From sequence record OR896831.1: a DNA stretch of 51,209 nucleotides; one strand, 5' to 3'. The stretch's first letter is position 1; every line of letters starts with the position of its first letter. This document shows, in pieces, positions 37,088 to 44,611 of this stretch. This stretch comes from Escherichia phage BubbaBully. The position numbers and the translations under genes are program-made. The notes below the pieces were generated by a model, which did not search any database, had not been told where the DNA came from, and was given only the letters and a program-made list of their open reading frames with translations.

Positions 37088-38665
37088 TCACCCCATTAAA
37101 GCAGGATTCACAAATACGCGCCCATTTGTGAGGCATACGTAATTCAGATCTTCAAGGATTGGAAGCAAGTGCCCCTCAATTCGCTTCATTACGCCAGACT
37201 GACCCAAGAACGGACGAACCTTACGCACAGACTCATAAATAGCTCGCGCAGTGATAGCGCCTTTATTGGCCTTTCCGAGTCTGGTTATCGTGTCGATAAT
37301 CTTGATCAACTCTGCATCCTGACCAGCATGACCTGATGCGTTTGCCGCGCTAATGTAGGTCTTGCTCAACTCCTGGAACATCAAGAGAGCCTCCTGCATA
37401 GTCTCAACGTCAATCTCCCGTGACTTTGTGGCGGTTCCGTTAACGTCCTGCCAGTTTCGGATCGTGTGGATAACGGAGGCCAGGCGAATAACCTGCTTAT
37501 CCATTTTACCCAACGCACCACGTAGCATTGTGTGAGAATATTCTCCGCCGTCTGCTAGTTTTGGCTCCATTTCCTGACGAGCCATGTTTAGCACGCGCAT
37601 AGCGGAGCGGCTAACTTTCAATGAAACGGATTGCTCCATCATGATATTGTGGATCAGCTTGTAATAGTCTGCTTTAAGACCTGCATCAACTGGCGTATAA
37701 GTTGTGTCTCCGTTGTCGTCAACGAATTTACGGCGGCCTAAGAATGACTCCTCGCGAACCAGCAAGAAACGCTCCGAAACACCGATACCACGAGCGCCAG
37801 CCTCCATAATGCCGCTGATTGTCTCGTCCTGCGCAATCACAGCCATGCAACCAAGAGCCGTAAAGCTCATGTTGTTTTCTGCATTTGCACGGGAAATGGA
37901 AACGTGACCGCTATCCCAAGCCTTTAGCACCAATTCACTGTTAGTCTTTCGCTCGCTATTTGCGTAAGTCAGCCCGAGCAGTGAGTTTATACTGGTTGCC
38001 TCGTCCGAGATAACAGCAAAGTTACCCTGGCGGAAGTTGATTTTAGCCAAACCCTCTGGAGTTGTGTCTGAAACCGGAAACACAACGTCGCACAGCTTTG
38101 CGAGCTTTTCCTCGTACTCCTCTTTTTCCTCGTAAAGCGCAGCGTACTCAGTACCTGAGCGCTCTGATTTTAACTCCTTTGCAATGCCGTTGAGTTTTGA
38201 CTGAATCTTTTTGCGCTCTTTCTTGCGTTGCTCGTTGATGCGCTCAACCTCTGCAACAATCGGGGCAATCGCCATTGAGTTAATGGCTGATTTACCAGTT
38301 GAAGGAGGCTGGCTTGTCACAACGTACAGCGCCGTTGGCTGATCGGTTCCGTGGTATTCCACGGTAAATCGCCCGAGCATCGCGGCAGACACACAGCCTA
38401 CGAAATGCATGTAGGCAGATGAAACAGGGAATTGAACGGATTCCGCCAAGCTGCGAGACAGCTTTCCTACAACGTCGCAATCGTTGCCGAGGGAAATAAC
38501 AGGATACTTGTCATTTCCGCTGTTAATGTCTTTAACATCACCCCAAAAACCAGACGAGCGAGAGTAGCCGTTTGCCTGGATTGCAACCTTAACGGCGCTC
38601 AAGCCTTGAGCCTCAGCCGTTGAAATGATTTGTTGTGGTGTCAGCGTGGATTGTTCAAAAAACAT
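37088..38665 (-). CDS. P-loop NTPase of unknown function
   Basis: 525 aa; Walker A-like PPSTGKS and Walker B-like AVISDE; own box promoter. Confidence 0.6.
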   Translation of the reverse strand: MFFEQSTLTPQQIISTAEAQGLSAVKVAIQANGYSRSSGFWGDVKDINSGNDKYPVISLGNDCDVVGKLSRSLAESVQFPVSSAYMHFVGCVSAAMLGRFTVEYHGTDQPTALYVVTSQPPSTGKSAINSMAIAPIVAEVERINEQRKKERKKIQSKLNGIAKELKSERSGTEYAALYEEKEEYEEKLAKLCDVVFPVSDTTPEGLAKINFRQGNFAVISDEATSINSLLGLTYANSERKTNSELVLKAWDSGHVSISRANAENNMSFTALGCMAVIAQDETISGIMEAGARGIGVSERFLLVREESFLGRRKFVDDNGDTTYTPVDAGLKADYYKLIHNIMMEQSVSLKVSRSAMRVLNMARQEMEPKLADGGEYSHTMLRGALGKMDKQVIRLASVIHTIRNWQDVNGTATKSREIDVETMQEALLMFQELSKTYISAANASGHAGQDAELIKIIDTITRLGKANKGAITARAIYESVRKVRPFLGQSGVMKRIEGHLLPILEDLNYVCLTNGRVFVNPALMG

Positions 38666-38693
38666 CTTAAAGTCTCCTTGTTGGTTGACCCGT

Positions 38694-38737
38694 ATTATAG
38701 GTCAACCATCTTACAGCCTTTTAGCAATTCGTGCTAT
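38694..38737 (-). promoter_or_regulatory. box promoter (box + 22 bp + TATAAT in hairpin loop)
   Basis: Box 38719-38737 overlaps TAG stop of upstream gene; TATAAT 38694-38699 in loop of GGTTGACC/GGTCAACC. Confidence 0.55.
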
Positions 38738-38979
38738 TTTAAACGTTCAACTTTTGCAAGCAATCTTCCATCTACAATGCTATGGCACTCAAGAGTTTCT
38801 GGATCGAAGTCTAGCGATCGATGGAATGAGTGACCAATCAGCAGATATCCGCCGCGCTGCCTTACCTGATAAACCGTTTCTCCTACTGAGAAAAGCGATA
38901 TGTCGCTAAACGTCACACGGAATCGGTTTTGAGCCATGCTCTTTGGAATGTGTTTTGTGTACTCTACGCCTTGAATCAT
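38734..38979 (-). CDS. hypothetical protein
   Basis: 81-aa ORF, ATGA overlap with upstream gene. Confidence 0.5.
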   Translation of the reverse strand: MIQGVEYTKHIPKSMAQNRFRVTFSDISLFSVGETVYQVRQRGGYLLIGHSFHRSLDFDPETLECHSIVDGRLLAKVERLK

Positions 38980-39341
38980 GAGTATTTCGCCTCGAACAAG
39001 TAAGCCCCACCAGCAGAGAAACCAACCTCCTCGCGGTACAGAGTAAAGCGGTCTCCGTCCTCGTCAAACACATAACCTGCAACGCCACCCAGTACGCGCC
39101 CTTGCTCGATCTGGTAGCGCTTGCCAGCCTTAAACGTTTTCTTGTGCTTCATGCTATGGTCTACCCAAGTGCATTTAATTGTTTTGGTTTTGATTTCTCG
39201 GAAATCGTTAAAATTTGCGTGCTCCCACTTTGAGCCTTTGGTTAATTCCTTAACCTGGAAAGCTCCAGTTTCAAAGAATTGAATCTCGTCAACAATTCGA
39301 CCTTTCATTAGTTTATTGTCGGCGTTGCGGATAACTTTCAT
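38976..39341 (-). CDS. hypothetical protein
   Basis: 121-aa ORF. Confidence 0.5.
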   Translation of the reverse strand: MKVIRNADNKLMKGRIVDEIQFFETGAFQVKELTKGSKWEHANFNDFREIKTKTIKCTWVDHSMKHKKTFKAGKRYQIEQGRVLGGVAGYVFDEDGDRFTLYREEVGFSAGGAYLFEAKYS

Positions 39342-39523
39342 TATTTGCTCCTTATATTTGAATAAGCTTTCAAAGTGTCAATCAATTTATCTTTGCCGCG
39401 TGCTGAAACCCTAAAACCAGCATATTGTTCGAATCTTTGTTTTGCCTCCTTCACTGAAAGCCCTTTGTTTTCAAGGGCATATATTAAGCTGGTGCAAATC
39501 TTGTTTAAGCCTTTGACCTTCAT
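39341..39523 (-). CDS. hypothetical protein
   Basis: 60-aa basic ORF downstream of a box promoter. Confidence 0.45.
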   Translation of the reverse strand: MKVKGLNKICTSLIYALENKGLSVKEAKQRFEQYAGFRVSARGKDKLIDTLKAYSNIRSK

Positions 39524-39553
39524 TTATTATCCTCAATTCGTTTCGTTGAGATA

Positions 39554-39597
39554 ATAATAGCGGATCTTATCGACCCGCTTTTAACAAAAAGTGCTAT
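39554..39597 (-). promoter_or_regulatory. box promoter (box + hairpin + TATTAT)
   Basis: Box 39579-39597 (- strand), stem AGCGG/CCGCT, -10 at 39554-39559. Confidence 0.55.
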
Positions 39598-39681
39598 TTA
39601 CAGAAAGGGCATGAGCTTTTATCTCCACTCCCTCCGTGGTGAGGGCAGCAAATTTTTTCGATTGGTGTCATGTTGTTCTCC

Positions 39682-40395
39682 TTATTTTGAATTAGCCAGC
39701 CATACAGCAATCGCCAGGCCGCGTGGAGTTAGTGAGCGAATCAGTTTTGTTCTCTCTGATTTGCCGCCTAATTTCTTCCAGCCTGGATTGTCGTTTCCTA
39801 CTGGATCAACTGGTAGCGGTTCAGGCATTACAAATCCGTTTCCCGTCCAAAGACATGTATTCTTATTGTATGCGTCGCTCGCCGGAATAATGTCAGGGAA
39901 GGCTGGGTGCGCCTCGTCTTTCAAATGAATGTAGCCGCCATAGTCGCACGGATGGAATTTGTGATCCGGCTTGCGCCATAGCGTTGACAGCTTGCCTACA
40001 GGGTTTTCGATCATGTACGGAGCGCCAAAATGATCAGCAATCTCCGCCGCAATCTTGCAGGTAGCTGCCGCTTTAACCTGGAAATCTGGATCGATCTCAG
40101 CTTTGCGCTTCCAGTGGCGCGAGCCTGAGTTTGCCAGGTCTGTACATGGAGGAAACGCCATAACAAAATCAGGCTTACCCCAAAGCAGGTTACATGCGCT
40201 CACCTTGAAATCGTCGTCAATCCATGCGTTAACATAGCGAATGTTGGGATGCGTTACGCGCACTGATTGGTACGAGCCGTGATCACCTTCATCGGCATTG
40301 AAACAGATAACCTTGTAACCAGCTTTAGCCCACGGCAGCGCCGCGTAGCCGGAACCGTCGAACATTGAGAAAACAAGACCTTTGATGTTGTTCAT
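39682..40395 (-). CDS. compact C5-cytosine methyltransferase-like protein
   Basis: 237 aa; motif I-like FDGSGYAALPWAKAG, PC motif FPPCTDLANSG, ENV-like motif ENPVG; no obvious target-recognition domain. Confidence 0.5.
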   Translation of the reverse strand: MNNIKGLVFSMFDGSGYAALPWAKAGYKVICFNADEGDHGSYQSVRVTHPNIRYVNAWIDDDFKVSACNLLWGKPDFVMAFPPCTDLANSGSRHWKRKAEIDPDFQVKAAATCKIAAEIADHFGAPYMIENPVGKLSTLWRKPDHKFHPCDYGGYIHLKDEAHPAFPDIIPASDAYNKNTCLWTGNGFVMPEPLPVDPVGNDNPGWKKLGGKSERTKLIRSLTPRGLAIAVWLANSK

Positions 40396-40405
40396 TTCTT
40401 AATCC

Positions 40406-40630
40406 TCAGAATGGGAAGCAACGATTGCAAGCTGGATCAAATTCACAGCCGCAGTCATTCACAATCATTGTTGGATCAGCAAACGCCGCGCCGCTCTCCA
40501 TATCCATATCCATATCGCCAAGCGCCTCGTCAAGCGTGCGCAGTTTATAAGCAACCTCAAGCGCTGCCTCTTTGTTCAGTCCAGCAGCTTCCGCCTCTTG
40601 CAGACGGGCAAAGAAACCATCTTGTGACAC
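40406..40630 (-). CDS. small acidic protein with C-terminal Cys cluster
   Basis: 74 aa ending NDCGCEFDPACNRCFPF. Confidence 0.45.
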   Translation of the reverse strand: MSQDGFFARLQEAEAAGLNKEAALEVAYKLRTLDEALGDMDMDMESGAAFADPTMIVNDCGCEFDPACNRCFPF

Positions 40631-40684
40631 AATTCACTCCTTTAAAACTGGCGGCGCAATTGCCGCCTTTAAACCAATCAGGGG

Positions 40685-40915
40685 TTACCAAGCTTTCCAC
40701 GTTTCGATATACATCGAATTTTCATCCAGGAAATCGATCACATCCTGCTTGCTATACTGGCGCAGCGTGCAGCGCGGCGACGTTCCAACGGTATAGCAGC
40801 CTTTACCCTCGGTGATGGTCACTTGCTTGATTTTCTCACCTGGGATGTCGCACTTGATGATCACGCGGTGGTGGCTATCCAGGGTTTTCATGATGTTTTC
40901 GGTTTTGAGTTTCAT
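40685..40915 (-). CDS. hypothetical protein
   Basis: 76-aa ORF downstream of a box promoter. Confidence 0.5.
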   Translation of the reverse strand: MKLKTENIMKTLDSHHRVIIKCDIPGEKIKQVTITEGKGCYTVGTSPRCTLRQYSKQDVIDFLDENSMYIETWKAW

Positions 40916-40946
40916 ACGTTTGTCCTCGTTTGTTGTCGATGGCGCT

Positions 40947-40990
40947 ACTATACCAGGCCGCAGCGCCGGAGTTTTAACAAAAAGTGCTAT
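40947..40990 (-). promoter_or_regulatory. box promoter (box + 22 bp + TG-n-TATAGT in hairpin loop)
   Basis: Box 40972-40990; TATAGT at 40947-40952 within GGCGCT/AGCGCC hairpin. Confidence 0.55.
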
Positions 40991-41068
40991 CAGTTCCAGA
41001 ATGAGTGGCGGGGCGCACGTTTACCATCACCGCCGTAGTGGTCATTGGAAACAGCAATCATCCAGGCG

Positions 41069-41350
41069 TTAGCGAATATCAGCAGTCGCATAAATCACCC
41101 CTTTAATCTTCTTGATCTCGTCAACTAACTCTTGCTCGTTGTGAATCATGGCGGGTGAGCACTCCCAACAAGCTGATGGCAGTTTCTTGTTCTTGCCCTT
41201 AATCAGAAATCCGCCCATCAACTCCCAATTACAGATAAGGCGATCATCACGCACATCGTACAGGTTAAACAGATTGCGACGCTCGCCGCCAACGTAAATC
41301 TTCATTCCATTATTGCGGCAGAATCCGCGTAATTCTTTCGTAACTCGCAT
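41069..41350 (-). CDS. hypothetical Cys-containing protein
   Basis: 93-aa ORF with CxxC-like pairs. Confidence 0.5.
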   Translation of the reverse strand: MRVTKELRGFCRNNGMKIYVGGERRNLFNLYDVRDDRLICNWELMGGFLIKGKNKKLPSACWECSPAMIHNEQELVDEIKKIKGVIYATADIR

Positions 41351-41544
41351 TATTCACTCTCCAGTACAGTAACAGGATCCAGGCGCTCCAGCACAACTTT
41401 GAAGTCGGCAAAGAATGTCGGCCTACGTTCGGTTAACTCCGTATAGGTGTCAGTCGCCAGCGTTGCGCGATCACCTTCATAGCACACCACACGCTTTCCG
41501 TTCTCGCGGCTGATTGCCACCACGCGATATGTGTTTTTGGTCAT
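41350..41544 (-). CDS. hypothetical protein
   Basis: 64-aa ORF, TAATG coupling to the downstream gene. Confidence 0.45.
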   Translation of the reverse strand: MTKNTYRVVAISRENGKRVVCYEGDRATLATDTYTELTERRPTFFADFKVVLERLDPVTVLESE

Positions 41545-41562
41545 GCGTTACCTCCTGGTTGG

Positions 41563-41841
41563 TTAAAAGCATTGAGGGCAAGAGCTTGCGATAAACTTGA
41601 TCACATTGCGCAGTTGGCGCTCGTCAAAGATTGTCGCTGGCAATTCCTCTTTCACTTCCTGGCGCAGATAAACGTTGCCGTGCCATGTGAGCTTGTCGTG
41701 TTCAATGCGATAGCTGCACATCCATTCACAATCGTTGTCAGCCTCCCAAATGCAAAGAGCGGTGTAGTCGCCCAAGTCCTCAACGGTCAATTCAATGCCG
41801 CGTTTCTTTGCCATGTTGAAAGTGGTCTTGCTGATGTTCAT
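41563..41841 (-). CDS. hypothetical Cys-rich protein
   Basis: Start set at ATG 41841 (GAGGAA RBS); first gene of the leftward accessory block. Confidence 0.5.
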   Translation of the reverse strand: MNISKTTFNMAKKRGIELTVEDLGDYTALCIWEADNDCEWMCSYRIEHDKLTWHGNVYLRQEVKEELPATIFDERQLRNVIKFIASSCPQCF

Positions 41842-41872
41842 AGTAAATTCCTCAGTTCGTTTCGATGAATGC

Positions 41873-41916
41873 ATTATGCCGAAATCAGATCAGTCTGTTT
41901 TAGCAAAAAGTGCTAT
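41873..41916 (-). promoter_or_regulatory. box promoter (box + 22 bp + CATAAT) driving the leftward accessory block
   Basis: Box 41898-41916; -10 at 41873-41878; CA-rich leader. Confidence 0.55.
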
Positions 41917-41994
41917 TTAATCGGTAGTCAGTGATTTTGATGATTGCTTGACCAGTTTTGTAAGGTTGTTTTTGATGCCCGTCAACTTTTGTGT

Positions 41995-42035
41995 GATTGT
42001 GATGATTGTTGATTAGATTTGATTGGATTTGATTG
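41995..42035. repeat. iteron-like array of GATTG direct repeats
   Basis: GATTG at 41995, 42004, 42021, 42031 and GATTA at 42011, spaced 7-10 bp, in the AT-rich divergent region. Confidence 0.5.
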
Positions 42036-42503
42036 TGGGAATCAGCATGGCCTGACGATGCCGTTTTTGCGCTCTCTAAAACTCCACTCTGTTATCTTCT
42101 GTTTACAATCGTTTCCTCTTGTTACCAAAAGTACGGTGGCGTAGTTTGTTCGCGTTTTTCGCGTGGCAGAAACAAAAAAAAACTTTTAATCTCCCTATAA
42201 ACAACTAATAAAATCAATAGTTTATTTTATATATATTATATTTGTTTTCACTACGTTATACTTGTTCCATATGGTATAGGGTGGTTATGGGATTTTATTA
42301 TTGGTGGTATTGGTTAATTTATAGGCATGTTCCGCTCAGGATGTTTACGATTCATCATTTCGTTGTGGTTGCTTTGGGTGACATATACATATTCATTATG
42401 GCCTCCGAAAAAACTGTAACGGCTGTAACATGCAAAAAACAGAATTTATCATCATGTAAATCAACAACTTACGACAAATTTTGTTTTTCGGCTCAAAAAA
42501 AAC

Positions 42504-42532
42504 TTGTGGAAACCGATTGTAACATGCATAAT
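42504..42532 (+). promoter_or_regulatory. sigma70-like promoter (TTGTGG-17-CATAAT) for first rightward early genes
   Basis: Hexamers with 17-bp spacer and upstream A-tract; no box; CA-rich leader before ATG 42565. Confidence 0.45.
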
Positions 42533-42564
42533 GCACACCGAAATGAACAAACGGAGGTAAAACG

Positions 42565-42990
42565 ATGTCAGATCAATCATTTGGCGATCAATTGCGTGCA
42601 GCGGCACGAATGCTGGCGAGCGGCGAGCGTGACGAAATCATCATGACCGACTACCAGTTACAGCAAGCGTCGGGAAAGGAGAAAATCAACCCAAGCCATA
42701 TCCGTACAACTATGGCGCGAGAGGTTCGCACCTTGGGAGCTATCAGCGTGAAGCGAATCACGGATCCGGTTGGATACGTTTGCACGTTCAACCCTGACCC
42801 AAAGAAACGAGCGATTGCCAGCGACGAGCTACCAGCAATCAAGGCGCGTGCGGCAAACAAGGCTCTAAAATCAATCGCTGAGGTGATGCCGAGCCTAACA
42901 GACCTGCAAGGCGAGCAGCTACAGGGAGCAATGATTGCAATTCAGCGCTACCAGGATTTAATAAAGAAGCAAATCAACGAGGAGGTTTAA
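42565..42990 (+). CDS. hypothetical early protein
   Basis: 141-aa first ORF of rightward early block; weak HTH-like segment. Confidence 0.5.
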   Translation: MSDQSFGDQLRAAARMLASGERDEIIMTDYQLQQASGKEKINPSHIRTTMAREVRTLGAISVKRITDPVGYVCTFNPDPKKRAIASDELPAIKARAANKALKSIAEVMPSLTDLQGEQLQGAMIAIQRYQDLIKKQINEEV

Positions 42991-42992
42991 TT

Positions 42993-43253
42993 ATGTGCAA
43001 CGAGAAAATCGATCAGCTTGTGGACGAAATCATTGAGACGCACGACCGCGCCGGATTCAACTCTATCTTTATGGTGTGCCCTGACGCGTGCGGCGTGACA
43101 GAAATCGAGCTTAAAGAAGCGGTTGAGCAGGTGGAGTCCGTGCTTCGAACCGATAACCCTGGTGACGAAATCTTTGCGGCCTTGACCGCTTGTGATGGTG
43201 GCGGAGTGTTTGCCCTTTCGTTTGTTAACGCAAACACGATCCTGACCATCTGA
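42993..43253 (+). CDS. small acidic early protein
   Basis: 86 aa, rich in Asp/Glu; second gene after the canonical early promoter. Confidence 0.5.
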   Translation: MCNEKIDQLVDEIIETHDRAGFNSIFMVCPDACGVTEIELKEAVEQVESVLRTDNPGDEIFAALTACDGGGVFALSFVNANTILTI

Positions 43254-43260
43254 TCGGTAA

Positions 43261-43304
43261 ATAGCACTTTTTGTTAAAAACGCCCCGCGCGAGTGGGGCA
43301 TAAT
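43261..43304 (+). promoter_or_regulatory. box promoter (box + hairpin + CATAAT)
   Basis: Box 43261-43279; stem GCCCC/GGGGC; -10 at 43299-43304. Confidence 0.55.
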
Positions 43305-43334
43305 GCACCCAACGAAACAACACGGAGAAATGAA

Positions 43335-43529
43335 ATGGCTATCAGATTCAACGCTGACTACCCAGGCTTTAAATCTGGCAAGACCTATCAGGCAAAATAT
43401 GCAGCGCACCCATTCTACGGCTACCTTGCAATCAAGGTTGTAGACGATGACGGCGACACGCGATACCTGGCGCTTAATCTGCTTGAGGACGGCTCAATCG
43501 TGGAGGTTGATGAAGATGAAGATCACTAA
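43335..43529 (+). CDS. small acidic protein
   Basis: Start at ATG 43335 after GGAGA RBS; 64 aa ending VEVDEDEDH. Confidence 0.45.
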   Translation: MAIRFNADYPGFKSGKTYQAKYAAHPFYGYLAIKVVDDDGDTRYLALNLLEDGSIVEVDEDEDH

Positions 43530-43866
43530 TCAAGCGCGAAACTATGCATTGAAGCACGGAGTGCATGTCTACGGACTGACAAACGAGCAAAGCCGCGCCC
43601 TGGTTTTCTACGATATCGCCAGCGGCACAAAGCTATGCACTTACAAGAGCTACAGCGATGATAACCCATTGCAGAAGTCGCTCAACTACAAGATGAAGCC
43701 GGAAACCTGGCAAGCGATGCCGGATGATATCCGCACGGCTCAGGGTGTGCAGAAAGCAATTGAGGCGATGGTTGCAACTGGCACGGCTCGACTGCTGGAC
43801 GAGGACGAGCTAGCGGAAGCACGCAACAAGATCCTCAAGCGGTCAACGGGAGTTGAGATCCTATGA
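43516..43866 (+). CDS. hypothetical protein
   Basis: Start at ATG 43516, 8 nt after GGAGG; 116 aa. Confidence 0.5.
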   Translation: MKITNQARNYALKHGVHVYGLTNEQSRALVFYDIASGTKLCTYKSYSDDNPLQKSLNYKMKPETWQAMPDDIRTAQGVQKAIEAMVATGTARLLDEDELAEARNKILKRSTGVEIL

Positions 43867-43958
43867 GCAACTTCCACAACGAGCACGTCATGCAGTGGTG
43901 GCGGCATCGCGTAAAGAATTTCGAACTGTATCGCCACGAGTGGAAATTTAGCGAATAG
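43863..43958 (+). CDS. small basic protein (31 aa), not in ORF track
   Basis: ATGA overlap with upstream stop; TAG stop lies inside the next box. Confidence 0.3.
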   Translation: MSNFHNEHVMQWWRHRVKNFELYRHEWKFSE

Positions 43959-43998
43959 CACGAATTGCTAAAAACTTGATCGGGTGTGCTGGTATAGT
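43955..43998 (+). promoter_or_regulatory. box promoter (box + 22 bp + TG-n-TATAGT in hairpin loop)
   Basis: Box 43955-43973; TATAGT 43993-43998 inside GGGTGT/ACACCC hairpin. Confidence 0.55.
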
Positions 43999-44030
43999 AC
44001 ACCCATCAACAACGAACCAAGGACTTAACA

Positions 44031-44198
44031 ATGAAATCTCGTAAATATCGCAACATCTTCAACAACCTGGCCTACTGGCTGGAGGACGGAGCTGTAATGG
44101 TTAGCAACGGCGAGCAAACAAAGAAATCGCTGTTAAGCGCAGAGGAGTTTTTCATTGCGGTCGCTCGTGACATTCTGGTGCTGATCGAGGAGGAATAA
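44031..44198 (+). CDS. small acidic protein (55 aa), not in ORF track
   Basis: ATG after CA-rich leader and AAGGA RBS; ends 3 nt before next ATG. Confidence 0.4.
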   Translation: MKSRKYRNIFNNLAYWLEDGAVMVSNGEQTKKSLLSAEEFFIAVARDILVLIEEE

Positions 44199-44201
44199 TA
44201 C

Positions 44202-44444
44202 ATGCTTTCAATTCGCAACTGGTTTATGCGTTTCATCGGAAAAGAGGTTGAGGCTTTCGGGATCAACATTCCGGCAAACTTCAAGCGCGCTTGCCCTGGA
44301 AACGCGGCTGGTGTGTATTGGGAAATGCCGGACGGCACATACTGGTTCACAATTTGCTCAGGATACAAGATGGAAGTAAGCCAGCGAGACTATGAGCGCG
44401 GAACATTCTTTAAAGCAATGCAAGAAATCGGGGAGGAGTTTTGA
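44202..44444 (+). CDS. hypothetical protein
   Basis: 80-aa ORF. Confidence 0.5.
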   Translation: MLSIRNWFMRFIGKEVEAFGINIPANFKRACPGNAAGVYWEMPDGTYWFTICSGYKMEVSQRDYERGTFFKAMQEIGEEF

Positions 44445-44611
44445 AGTTCTATCGCAACCCAACGATTCACGGACTGATTTACTTTATCAAGGACGGTAAA
44501 GCTATGTACTTTCCTGCTGGTTCGCCTTGGACTGAGGCTGAGGAATCAGGGCTAACTGCTCAGCAACTGCAACTAGGAATTATCTCAGGCGTATTTGTGG
44601 AGGCTAACTAA
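44441..44611 (+). CDS. possible small protein (TTG start at 44441 or ATG at 44504), not in ORF track
   Basis: Open frame fills the 166-bp gap and ends in TAATG overlap with the next gene; start codon uncertain. Confidence 0.25.
   Translation: MKFYRNPTIHGLIYFIKDGKAMYFPAGSPWTEAEESGLTAQQLQLGIISGVFVEAN

Noticed and set aside
41069-41091. 35-aa - strand ORF starting at 41091
   Set aside because: Its start overlaps the 3' end of gene 41069-41350 in another frame and it has no RBS; more likely chance
42242-42646. 134-aa track ORF in the AT-rich divergent region
   Set aside because: Lies in AT-rich intergenic DNA carrying promoter elements and iteron-like repeats, has no RBS, and overlaps the leader and start of gene 42565-42990; judged spurious
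919-44368. Antisense or embedded track ORFs within well-supported genes
   Set aside because: ORFs such as 919-1404 and 4328-4834 lie wholly inside or opposite long conserved-type genes, lack RBS and break the operon polarity; the same applies to 11170-11622, 16811-17170, 26319-26786, 29460-29819, 39611-39928 and 44072-44368
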